A program made the position numbers and the translations under genes. From Clostridia bacterium (GTDB lineage Bacteria; Bacillota; Clostridia; TANB77; RGIG9151), in assembly GCA_017934955.1 (NCBI GenBank), contig JAGBIO010000004.1, positions 1-32,000 on the forward strand: 32,000 bases of DNA. The letters are read 5' to 3'. This document shows positions 17,566 through 25,498 of this stretch, one piece after another. The first letter of the stretch is position 1, and every line of letters begins with the position of its first letter. The notes beneath the pieces were generated by a model, which made no database searches, had not been told where the DNA came from, and saw nothing but the letters and a program-made list of their open reading frames with translations.

Positions 17566-18816
17566 TTATTTTTGCCATAATTCAGGATATTTTTCAATCA
17601 AAATTGGTAAATTTTCTTGATATTTTTCGGCAATCATTCGAATTGCTTCCTTCACTTCCGCCCTTGTCCCGACACACTCGAACGGTTTTGTTTTATCGAT
17701 TCCCGCAAGTTCCCGATAATACTTTTCCAACTCCAAATCATTTAATAAATTTCTTCCGAAAATCGTTGTCATTTCTTCTTCCGACAAAAAAGGTGCCAAA
17801 ATAATATACACAAATAAGCACTTTGAACACTTCCCACACCATTCGTTTTTTCCGCCGACGCTTCCGCGATTACAACTTCGAAAAATTTTATGATACTGCT
17901 TATACTCCGCAAACTGTCTCGCTATATCGATTTCCCGCATACCGCGTAGCAAGCTGAAATATTTCATAAAAGGATTAACGTATCGCTCGGTATATTCCAC
18001 AAAATCCAATTCAAATTCCAACGACTTGGAATATTGGTGGTTTGCTCCTGTTTCCTCATCGGTACTCTCATTAGCACTGCTTTCATTGGACAAAACAATA
18101 TACTGTTTTCCTGCTAATAATGCACAAAACATCCCTAAAAATGCCAAAGACGCTGAAAAAGGAGTATGTCCGTTTAAATATCCTTCTTGATTTAACTGCA
18201 ATAACAGAGGATCGATTTTCCGCATTACAATCACGGAATCTTCCGCGTTATATCCCGCAACCGTTACCGTATCCAACGTCGCCCCACGCGGATTTACTAT
18301 AAAGCAAGTATTATGCGCTTTTTCCTTCTTCAATAGCTCCAAGGTAACCGCCGAATCTTTTCCGCCTCCTACCGGAATCAAATTTCCTTCTACGTTTCCG
18401 ATTTTCGATTTCGAATAAATCGTGTCTGTCGCATTTTCAAAGACAACAAAATCCTCATAAGAAATCTCGATATGATTCAAAAAACGAAATTCGCCCAATC
18501 CGTTATAAAAAAGTTTCTTCCAAAAATCCATTTGTTCTTCTCGCAACGCCCCTGCTTTTAATATAACCTTCTTAGGACAAGCCGCTTTATAATAACTGAT
18601 TAATTCACAAAGTCCCAAATGGAACAAAAATACATCTTTATCTTCTAAATTCTCCGGTCGAAAAAAATCTCTCTTTAAGATACTTAACCGATGCACAAAA
18701 TGAAACTCTCCTAAAGAATAGTAATAATTTATATCATAAGAATCGTCTGACTCGGAACATGTAAATTTATCGTAGGAAACAGCGTCAAACTTCTCGCGCA
18801 ATTCAGAAAATGTCAT
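17566..18816 (-). CDS. PP-loop-type ATP pyrophosphatase-like protein with C-terminal Cys cluster; candidate MurL-like epimerase
   Basis: Has GGGKDS (a variant of the SGGxDS PP-loop) and WCGKCSKC plus an upstream CNRG Cys, as in QueC-like PP-loop enzymes. 416 aa, immediately upstream of murD in transcription order. The function is inferred from context only. Confidence 0.8.
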   Translation of the reverse strand: MTFSELREKFDAVSYDKFTCSESDDSYDINYYYSLGEFHFVHRLSILKRDFFRPENLEDKDVFLFHLGLCELISYYKAACPKKVILKAGALREEQMDFWKKLFYNGLGEFRFLNHIEISYEDFVVFENATDTIYSKSKIGNVEGNLIPVGGGKDSAVTLELLKKEKAHNTCFIVNPRGATLDTVTVAGYNAEDSVIVMRKIDPLLLQLNQEGYLNGHTPFSASLAFLGMFCALLAGKQYIVLSNESSANESTDEETGANHQYSKSLEFELDFVEYTERYVNPFMKYFSLLRGMREIDIARQFAEYKQYHKIFRSCNRGSVGGKNEWCGKCSKCLFVYIILAPFLSEEEMTTIFGRNLLNDLELEKYYRELAGIDKTKPFECVGTRAEVKEAIRMIAEKYQENLPILIEKYPELWQK

Positions 18817-18834
18817 GTCAAACTTCCTTTCCTC

Positions 18835-19839
18835 TTATATTCTCTTCTTCGAACGCCGATAGCCGTGTAATAACATTAACAACAAAAAGACTCCAAACAC
18901 GCCCATTAAAGTATAAAGTTTCGCCACTAAAGTCGAAAACCCTACCAAACTCAGTAAATAGGAAATCACGCAAATCACAAAAAAATGCTTCACATTCTGT
19001 CCTACCCGCGTGTAAATCCCATATAGCAAACTAATGGCTGTCGTCAGTACCGCAAAGAAGAAAGAAATAAAATAAAGCCACGTCTGCGAAGGGCCGGTTA
19101 AAGCTGCAATCGGTATCTCAGCTCCTTGTATTTTACCATAATTCATAAAAAGTGCAAAGTATATTATACTTCCAAAAATAAAAATGGTAATCGCCGAAAT
19201 CACAGAACCTTTTTTCATACTGCTTTTGTCTCTTGCATTAGCCCCTAACGCTGCCAATACCGAAATCGACAGCACCAAATTATACGACGCGTATAAAACG
19301 GCGGAAAGGATTACCGGAATCGCAGAAATATTCCTAATCTCCGTAATATGGGTGATTTGCGTAAATTCGGTTCCCGCTAAAGATTTTAAAGATATGTAGG
19401 AAGTTAATAAAATTAAAACCGGTACCGCTACAGAACTTAGCTTCATCACCCCGTTGATTCCAAAAATCACAATTCCGAAACTAATCAGTGCCATCATCAG
19501 ACTGCCGAGAGCAAAAGGAATTTGAAAAAACTGTTCACACAATGCCCCAAATCCGGAAAACATCGTGCTTGCCGTTGCAATAAAAAAGCAACAAATCAAA
19601 TAATCAAAAAACGGTTTCCATTTACAACGAAAGGCATAGCCTAAAATTTTATCATAGGAATCCGCCTTACTGCTATATCCCATATTCATAATCTTTTCTC
19701 CAAGCAACATAAATAAAAAGGCAACCAAGATGAAACCAAGATAGCCGACAATCCCGTAATCCACAAAAAAACGTCTGATTTCTTGACCCGACGCAAATCC
19801 GGCACCGATTATCGCGCCGATAAAGGTAAAAGCAATCAT
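18835..19839 (-). CDS. YkvI-family polytopic membrane protein (putative transporter)
   Basis: N-terminal GAIIGAGFASGQEI motif, as I recall it from YkvI-like proteins, and about 10 hydrophobic helices. GGAGGTGA RBS. Lies 18 nt upstream of the next gene, so probably an operon. Confidence 0.75.
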   Translation of the reverse strand: MIAFTFIGAIIGAGFASGQEIRRFFVDYGIVGYLGFILVAFLFMLLGEKIMNMGYSSKADSYDKILGYAFRCKWKPFFDYLICCFFIATASTMFSGFGALCEQFFQIPFALGSLMMALISFGIVIFGINGVMKLSSVAVPVLILLTSYISLKSLAGTEFTQITHITEIRNISAIPVILSAVLYASYNLVLSISVLAALGANARDKSSMKKGSVISAITIFIFGSIIYFALFMNYGKIQGAEIPIAALTGPSQTWLYFISFFFAVLTTAISLLYGIYTRVGQNVKHFFVICVISYLLSLVGFSTLVAKLYTLMGVFGVFLLLMLLHGYRRSKKRI

Positions 19840-19902
19840 TCTATCACCTCCAATTATCCTTCTATAAAACTATTCTATACCGAAAGAAGAATTTTTAGAC
19901 AT

Positions 19903-20035
19903 AAAAAAGTGTTTTGCGCAGGCAAAACACCTGCGCCGAACGCGAGTTGCGTAGCAACATTCCTTTCGCGCGAATGTGCTTCCCCGCAGAGCGTTTTTTG
20001 TTGTATAGGCAAAATCTTTGATTTTTCCTATACAA
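19903..20035 (-). promoter_or_regulatory. Structured leader element, copy A (upstream of the YkvI-type transporter operon); candidate riboswitch/attenuator
   Basis: About 133 nt, homologous to 30521-30655. Has a 5' hairpin (20001-20009/20027-20035), a P1-like pairing (19941-46/19983-88), a GC hairpin GCGCAGG/CCTGCGC (19916-22/19930-36), and the alternative hairpin GUGUUUU/AAAACAC followed by U6. Confidence 0.5.
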
Positions 20036-20086
20036 TAAAAAAACACCTCTAATACTTAGAAGTTTTATCTAAACTATTAGAGATGT
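20036..20086 (-). terminator. Rho-independent terminator of the 877-aa gene
   Basis: The minus strand reads CATCTCTAATA-(21 nt)-TATTAGAGGTG followed by TTTTTTATTG. Confidence 0.6.
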
Positions 20087-20097
20087 TTTTACTTTTA

Positions 20098-22731
20098 TTA
20101 ATTTGCTCGATCATTTAAATATGTATTATATAGTTCCTGCACAAATTCTTTATTATGACGATAACCCGTAAGGATTGCTCCTGACATAGATTCATTCTGA
20201 GCTACCTGCTTCTTAACAATATATGCAGAAGTTTTGGTGACATTCAGCGGATCTCGTACTGTAGGATCTGTACTATAAACTCCCACTTTTACACCCTGAT
20301 TTACTAAATTCATTACCTCTGGCTCGTTATACGCTGCATCCATAAAAGTTACCTCAAAATTAATCTGTTTCGTATCTCCACTTGAAGTGGTAATTTCTGC
20401 TCCGTGCAAATTTTTCGTCATATAAACTGCAGGAACACCACCGCCACTAAAAGCATCTATATAAATATCCGAACCAATCTTACCACTGGCAATTTGTTCT
20501 TTTAAATATTGGGTAATGGAATCGGTAGCACCTTCCCCCCATCCGTTTAGCCCGTAAGTCTTCTTATTACTAGCAATAGAAACGCAGATTACATTCATAT
20601 TAGCTAAAGCTGGTACATCTTCTATAAATGCCATTGCTTTAGAAAGATCACGTTTTTCTTCATCGCCAGGAAACATAAGAACTGTTTTGGCATTCGGTCC
20701 AATGTAGTGTAGAGCAATATTTGCACCGCCATAATTGAAAGTTTCAAATACTAATTTTTCAAATTCCGACGAAACACCTTGACAATTTGTGCATACCAGA
20801 GCACCACCGGCATCTTCATACATTTTTTTTGTAACAAGTGTTTCGTTGCAAAGAACGCAAAGACTTTCATGAGCCAAGCAGAATAGCGGTGAATGTACAA
20901 TAGATTCACTATCTTCCGTTTGAGTTGTGTTTTGACTTCTCCTAAAAGTTCTGCAATCCACTGCCCTGCACTTATGTTCTGCACAGTAATACGAATATCT
21001 TCCTATATCCTTGGCTCCCGTATCCCTTACATCAGGGGTTGTTGCTGTTACCATAGGTATCGTACTCACTCCTACTATTGCCTCTTCGCACATACTGCAA
21101 GTATGCGGATAACAATATAAATTTGCGCCTTCGCCCTTTTCTCTGCATTTCAGTCCTTCTCTTGTAGGACCACTATTTGTGGGATCCACTTCCCAATTCC
21201 ACACAAAACGACAAGCGTGTTCTGCGCAATATTTTGAGAAATATACTAAAATATCACCGTCATCATCTCCGCAAGCTACCTTGCCACCACATATTTCGCA
21301 TTTAGAACAGCCTTGGCATAAGTAAAAGTTTCCTTCGCTGAATCGATATTGATTCTTATTCGCTTGATCCGGCGAAATTTTGGAATTTATCACATCAAAT
21401 CGTTCTGCATCTATCTCATGTTGTTTAAAAATGTCGTTATATTCATCTGTTTTGATTCCCATTAATTTTCCTTTTTCTTTTTCCGCAAATACTGTATTTT
21501 CCAAATCTCCCAAGAATTCATTTTGTACATAATACTCTTTTGGTTCATAATTTTCTGCCACAACATCTATTTTTCCGTAATTTTCCCGAATTTCCGATAC
21601 AGCATCATCTAATTTTTCCCATGCCTCTTGTCTTGCTGTTATTGTCGCATTGCTATCTTCAATCTCTCTTCCGTACCGATCGGTTGTCGTTATCCGGATA
21701 CGATTTACAATATCATTAAAAATATCTTCTATAAACTTTTTTTTGTTATGTTCTGTTAATACATATAAGGCTTCGTTTTCTTTTTCCTCTGTATCTTGTG
21801 CATAGTACCCTGCCAAATTAAATGTATAAGTGAAATTTACGTTATATCCTATTGTCAATACGACTTTTTTTCCTTCGATTTCTAAATTCATTTGGTCTTG
21901 TGCTTCATGCGGATCTTCTCCCCAACATTTTTCGACTACCTTAAATTCTGCACTTCTTGCATCGTCATAAGCCGGAAATTCCCAATCCGCATATTGATTG
22001 ATATCCTCAGCTTCTGCATAAGTTTCCTCAACAAAATTTTCCGGTACTTTGGGGGCCGTACTTTCTGTCGAATTCGAATCTCCACCGGAAAAGTTTCCAG
22101 CAGAACTTCCACCGGAAGAGTTTCCAGCAGAACTTCCACCGGAAGAGTTTCCAGCAGAACTTCCACCGAAAGTTACCATCGAATCTTGTCCGTTCGCATT
22201 TTCTGATTCTCCGGTATATAAAAGTTTCCATTCATCATTTTCTCCAACACCTAAAATCAGATTTCCGCTTTTTTCATCTAAATTTTGCGTATTTAAAACA
22301 TAATATTCGCCGCTTTGTACTTCGGAATCAGTAATCACTACTTTTCTGTATAATGCTCTTAATTGATTAGTAATCGAAATCAGTTCATTTGCCTTTTTTT
22401 CAGCAGCTTCTTCTGACAGTTCCTCCACTTGCTTTTCAATTATTTTCATAACAGAGTCATCATCAAAATATTCTCCTACGATTTCACTGCTTGAGGCTTC
22501 CACAAACGGGGATAAATCAAATTGCACGCCGGTTTCTCCGGAACGGAAATTTATCGTTTTCTGTTCTTCTATCGTTAAAAGATTCTCTGCATTCACGTTA
22601 TTGATTTCATCTGCCGAATACCATTCGGCAGATACTTCCCCAATCGGATTTAACAATACTGTGCCAACGGCATAAGTAAAATTCGTTAAACAAAAACATG
22701 CCACTAAAAAATAGACAAATATTTTTTTCAT
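20098..22731 (-). CDS. Orphan 877-aa secreted protein: signal peptide, Gly/Ser repeat, Cys/His-rich module, C-terminal alpha/beta-hydrolase-like region
   Basis: Signal peptide MKKIFVYFLVACFCLTNFTYA, followed by (GGSSAGNSS)x3. Four [YF]C-x2-H-x1-3-C motifs plus several CxxC. The C-terminus has AFSGGG (a nucleophile-elbow-like motif), then FMDAAY and GYRHN. Terminator hairpin downstream. Confidence 0.85.
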   Translation of the reverse strand: MKKIFVYFLVACFCLTNFTYAVGTVLLNPIGEVSAEWYSADEINNVNAENLLTIEEQKTINFRSGETGVQFDLSPFVEASSSEIVGEYFDDDSVMKIIEKQVEELSEEAAEKKANELISITNQLRALYRKVVITDSEVQSGEYYVLNTQNLDEKSGNLILGVGENDEWKLLYTGESENANGQDSMVTFGGSSAGNSSGGSSAGNSSGGSSAGNFSGGDSNSTESTAPKVPENFVEETYAEAEDINQYADWEFPAYDDARSAEFKVVEKCWGEDPHEAQDQMNLEIEGKKVVLTIGYNVNFTYTFNLAGYYAQDTEEKENEALYVLTEHNKKKFIEDIFNDIVNRIRITTTDRYGREIEDSNATITARQEAWEKLDDAVSEIRENYGKIDVVAENYEPKEYYVQNEFLGDLENTVFAEKEKGKLMGIKTDEYNDIFKQHEIDAERFDVINSKISPDQANKNQYRFSEGNFYLCQGCSKCEICGGKVACGDDDGDILVYFSKYCAEHACRFVWNWEVDPTNSGPTREGLKCREKGEGANLYCYPHTCSMCEEAIVGVSTIPMVTATTPDVRDTGAKDIGRYSYYCAEHKCRAVDCRTFRRSQNTTQTEDSESIVHSPLFCLAHESLCVLCNETLVTKKMYEDAGGALVCTNCQGVSSEFEKLVFETFNYGGANIALHYIGPNAKTVLMFPGDEEKRDLSKAMAFIEDVPALANMNVICVSIASNKKTYGLNGWGEGATDSITQYLKEQIASGKIGSDIYIDAFSGGGVPAVYMTKNLHGAEITTSSGDTKQINFEVTFMDAAYNEPEVMNLVNQGVKVGVYSTDPTVRDPLNVTKTSAYIVKKQVAQNESMSGAILTGYRHNKEFVQELYNTYLNDRAN
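22082..22172. repeat. In-frame 27-bp tandem repeat (about 3.3 copies) inside the 877-aa gene
   Basis: ccaccggaaRagtttccagcagaactt at 22082, 22109 and 22136, plus a partial copy. Encodes GGSSAGNSS repeats on the minus strand. Confidence 0.9.
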
Positions 22732-22831
22732 AAAAACACCACCCTATAACATAGAATACCTACTTTTATTTTACCACTTTTTCTAAATTATGTAAACGAC
22801 TTTGCTTCATTTTCCAAGAAGAGGGGTTATT

Positions 22832-23001
22832 GTTCAGACTATATTTCTCTACAATGTTTGCACAATCATTGTAGGGACACAATTTATGGTGTCCGGAAAA
22901 TAGGCGGAGTCCACAGAAAAGGCAGAAAAGCAGGACAGCATGAATGCTGTCCCTACAATAATGTCGCAATCATTGCAGGAGACGGCGTCCTCGACGTCCC
23001 G
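22832..23001. repeat. Composite REP-like cluster (22875-22894, 22933-22952, GC-rich variant in reverse orientation ~22975-23001)
   Basis: gttcagactatat..., then caatcattGTAGGGACACAATTTATGGTGTCC, then GGACAGCATGAATGCTGTCCctaca, then gcaggagacggcgtcctcgacgtcccg. Confidence 0.9.
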
Positions 23002-23008
23002 CTTTCTA

Positions 23009-23527
23009 TTATGACTTTCTCACCTTTAGCGCATATAATGCTGCATTGGTTCTATCTGTTACCCCAAGTTTTTTAAATATGTTATTCAAATGATTTTTTA
23101 CTGTTTTTTCACTCAAAAAAAGTCGTTTTGCTATTTCCTTATTTTGAAGTCCTTCCGCAACTAATGCCAACACCTCATTTTCACGATTGGTCAGCAACTC
23201 CGTTTTGCTTGGCATTGACAATAAAACCGCAGAAGACAATAAAGGTTTTACATATTGAATTTTGCCTTTTACAAAAAAGCCGGTATAAGAAATTCCGTTT
23301 TTTTCCGCTATTTGCTCATTGCGGTTATCGACGAACTTCTCGCTAACCTCTAAAATTTCAGTTATTCCGAGTTCTTTTGCTATTTTTAAATTTTGTTCAA
23401 ATAAGTTCGTCGGATTCAAAATAATACATTCCGCACCACTTAGTTTCGCCAATTGATAACCTTCTTTTAACTTTACTTGTTCAAAAACATCGTTTATTTT
23501 CAAATCACAAATAATAGCTAATTTCAT
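23009..23527 (-). CDS. LuxR/GerE-family HTH transcriptional regulator
   Basis: C-terminal [45 protein letters not shown] is a canonical LuxR-type HTH. The N-terminal ~105 aa do not look like a canonical phosphoacceptor receiver (IILNP where DxxP-type Asp would be expected). Confidence 0.85.
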   Translation of the reverse strand: MKLAIICDLKINDVFEQVKLKEGYQLAKLSGAECIILNPTNLFEQNLKIAKELGITEILEVSEKFVDNRNEQIAEKNGISYTGFFVKGKIQYVKPLLSSAVLLSMPSKTELLTNRENEVLALVAEGLQNKEIAKRLFLSEKTVKNHLNNIFKKLGVTDRTNAALYALKVRKS

Positions 23528-23547
23528 TACTTTCTCCCGGCTTCCTT

Positions 23548-24498
23548 TTATAATTGATCATTATGCAATGCGTGATTGATTCCCTGAGATACGACATCTG
23601 AAACGCTTGTAATAATCGCATCAATTTCTTTCGGAGTCACTACCAAGTCTCCCACATATGGGTTTAATACCTCTTTAATCAACGCATACTTATCCTCTTG
23701 ACTCATCTGCTTTATTCTATCATAATCGGTGCCGTTTTGTGAACCTATTTTATCAATATTCTCTAACATTAACTCAATGGTATCGTTCGCCATCGTCGCC
23801 GCATCAACGACCGTCGGTACTCCGATTGCGATAACCGGAACACCAAGTGTTTCCTGCGATATTGCCATTCGTTTGTTCCCGATTCCGGATCCGGGATTAA
23901 TTCCGGTATCTGCAATTTGGATGGTTGTACTGATTCTTTCTAATCTGCGAGAGGCAAGTGCATCAATCGCAATTACCAAATCCGGCTTGATTTTATCGAC
24001 TACCCCTTTAATCACTTCTCCCGTCTCCATACCGGTTGTACCAAGAACTCCCGGCGAAATCGCACTAACCGAGCGAAGCGGGCGATTCACATATTCCGGA
24101 GCATATTCCAAAATATGTCGCGTTACTTCCACATATGAAATTACTTTCGGACCTAATGCGTCCGGCGTTACATTCCAGTTGCCAAGCCCTACTACCAAAA
24201 CCGATTTATCTTTATTCTCCCCGATTAATTTTCTTAATTCTCTCGCCAAAACCATGTAAATTTTCTCATTAATCTCCGGCTCATCTTCTTTAATTTGCGG
24301 AACGTCCAACGTAATATAATTTCCTATCGGCTTTCCGATATTTTCTGCTCCTTCCGGCGTCTCCACTTTTACTCTTGTAATTTTCACATTATCAATCGTT
24401 TCATCCTCCGCCGTAACTCCCGGCATATCCACACTTAGTGCTTTTTTATACGCTTCTTTGGTCTCAATCGCCAAATCCGTTCGAAATGAAAATTGCAT
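23548..24498 (-). CDS. gpr: Germination protease (GPR endopeptidase, degrades SASPs)
   Basis: N-terminal FRTDLAIE and overall GPR-like sequence ([30 protein letters not shown]). GGAG RBS. Confidence 0.9.
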   Translation of the reverse strand: MQFSFRTDLAIETKEAYKKALSVDMPGVTAEDETIDNVKITRVKVETPEGAENIGKPIGNYITLDVPQIKEDEPEINEKIYMVLARELRKLIGENKDKSVLVVGLGNWNVTPDALGPKVISYVEVTRHILEYAPEYVNRPLRSVSAISPGVLGTTGMETGEVIKGVVDKIKPDLVIAIDALASRRLERISTTIQIADTGINPGSGIGNKRMAISQETLGVPVIAIGVPTVVDAATMANDTIELMLENIDKIGSQNGTDYDRIKQMSQEDKYALIKEVLNPYVGDLVVTPKEIDAIITSVSDVVSQGINHALHNDQL

Positions 24499-24540
24499 AT
24501 TTTTCTCCTTTCTTAAATGCAGGTTTACTGCTTATTCAAC

Positions 24541-24719
24541 GGACAGCATGAATGCTGTCCCTACATTGGTTGTGTTGATTTATCTATCCAGGTGGACAGC
24601 ATGAATGCTGTCCCTACAATGCTTGTGTTGATTTATCTATCCAAGTGGACAGCATGAATGCTGTCCCTACATTGGTTGTATTTATTTCGCCATCCGTACG
24701 GACAGCATTTATGCTGTCC
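24541..24719. repeat. Three tandem 53-bp units (hairpins 24541-24560, 24594-24613, 24647-24666) plus an inverted copy at 24700-24719
   Basis: GGACAGCATGAATGCTGTCCctacaWtgSttgtgttgatttatctatccaRgt repeated three times, then gtacGGACAGCATTTATGCTGTCC. Confidence 0.95.
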
Positions 24720-24722
24720 ATC

Positions 24723-25376
24723 TTATTTTGCAAAATTATGCTTTCCGATCCTCTTTACTATCGGTCGGCTCCAAATCCACTTACTGGTACTCGTCGCCGG
24801 ATTATAAAAATAAATACAACCGCCTGATGGATCCCAGCCGTTTAAAGCATCTTGCGCCGCTTTCACGGCGGTTGTTGTCGGTTCCATATTGATTTGCCCA
24901 TCATACACCGAATCAAACGCACCGTTCTGGTAAATCACGCCGGCAATCGTATTCGGAAACTCGCTATGTCTCACTCGATTTAAAATAACCGCACCCACGG
25001 CAACCTGTCCTTCATACGGCTCTCCTCTCGCCTCTCCGCTAATCGCACGCGCCAATAAATTCAAATTATTGTTGGTAGAATTCGAACCGGTCGGTAAACC
25101 CAAAGCCGCCAATGTCTGTTTTCCTGCAATTCCGTCTACCGTTAGCCCATTTTTCGCTTGAAATCTTCTCACTGCTTGATAGGTTTGATTTCCATAAACT
25201 CCATCAACAGCGCCGTTATAATACCCCCATCTTTTCAAACGCGTCTGAATCTGTATCACTTCATCTCCCCGCGATCCCCAATAAGAAACAACCGCTGTAC
25301 TTCTTCCATAGGTTTTCACTACACCGAAGCAAAGATAAAAAAGCATAATAAAAATTGCAAATACTCTCCTTTTCAT
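24723..25376 (-). CDS. sleB: Spore cortex-lytic enzyme, SleB/CwlJ family, with peptidoglycan-binding domain
   Basis: Signal peptide and a PG_binding_1-like repeat (YNGAVDGVYGNQTYQAVRRFQAKNGLTVDGIAGKQT). SleB hydrolase domain (LLARAISGEARGEPYEGQVAVGAVILNRV...YFYNP). Confidence 0.88.
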   Translation of the reverse strand: MKRRVFAIFIMLFYLCFGVVKTYGRSTAVVSYWGSRGDEVIQIQTRLKRWGYYNGAVDGVYGNQTYQAVRRFQAKNGLTVDGIAGKQTLAALGLPTGSNSTNNNLNLLARAISGEARGEPYEGQVAVGAVILNRVRHSEFPNTIAGVIYQNGAFDSVYDGQINMEPTTTAVKAAQDALNGWDPSGGCIYFYNPATSTSKWIWSRPIVKRIGKHNFAK

Positions 25377-25431
25377 AAAATTCCTCCCAAAAGTATTTGC
25401 AACTATTTTACCCTATATTTCTATTAACATA

Positions 25432-25498
25432 CATCAATCGCAAATGTGCAATAAAAAAAGGCTTAAAAGCCTTTTTTATTGCACATTTGCGATTGATG
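25432..25498 (-). terminator. Very long perfect inverted repeat / terminator between the 368-aa gene and sleB
   Basis: CATCAATCGCAAATGTGCAATAAAAAAAGGCTT-AA-AAGCCTTTTTTTATTGCACATTTGCGATTGATG. The core AAGGCTT/AAGCCTT has flanking A/T runs. Confidence 0.65.

Noticed and set aside
19999-20035. The 5' hairpin of the leader elements as a sigma-A or sporulation-sigma promoter
   Set aside because: TTGTAT/TTGAAT and TATACA/TATTCA hexamers are present, but they are 22 nt apart. GnATA...C(T)ATnCA resemblance to sigma-G also has the wrong spacing. The idea is not supportable from sequence alone.
21892-22303. Four short track ORFs (both strands) over the 27-bp repeat
   Set aside because: They are alternative-frame artefacts of the tandem repeat inside the 877-aa gene and give repetitive low-complexity translations.
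22766-23076. Track ORFs 22766..22969 and 22858..23076
   Set aside because: They lie entirely in the REP composite cluster or overlap the end of the LuxR gene. They have no RBS, and their sequence is repeat-derived.
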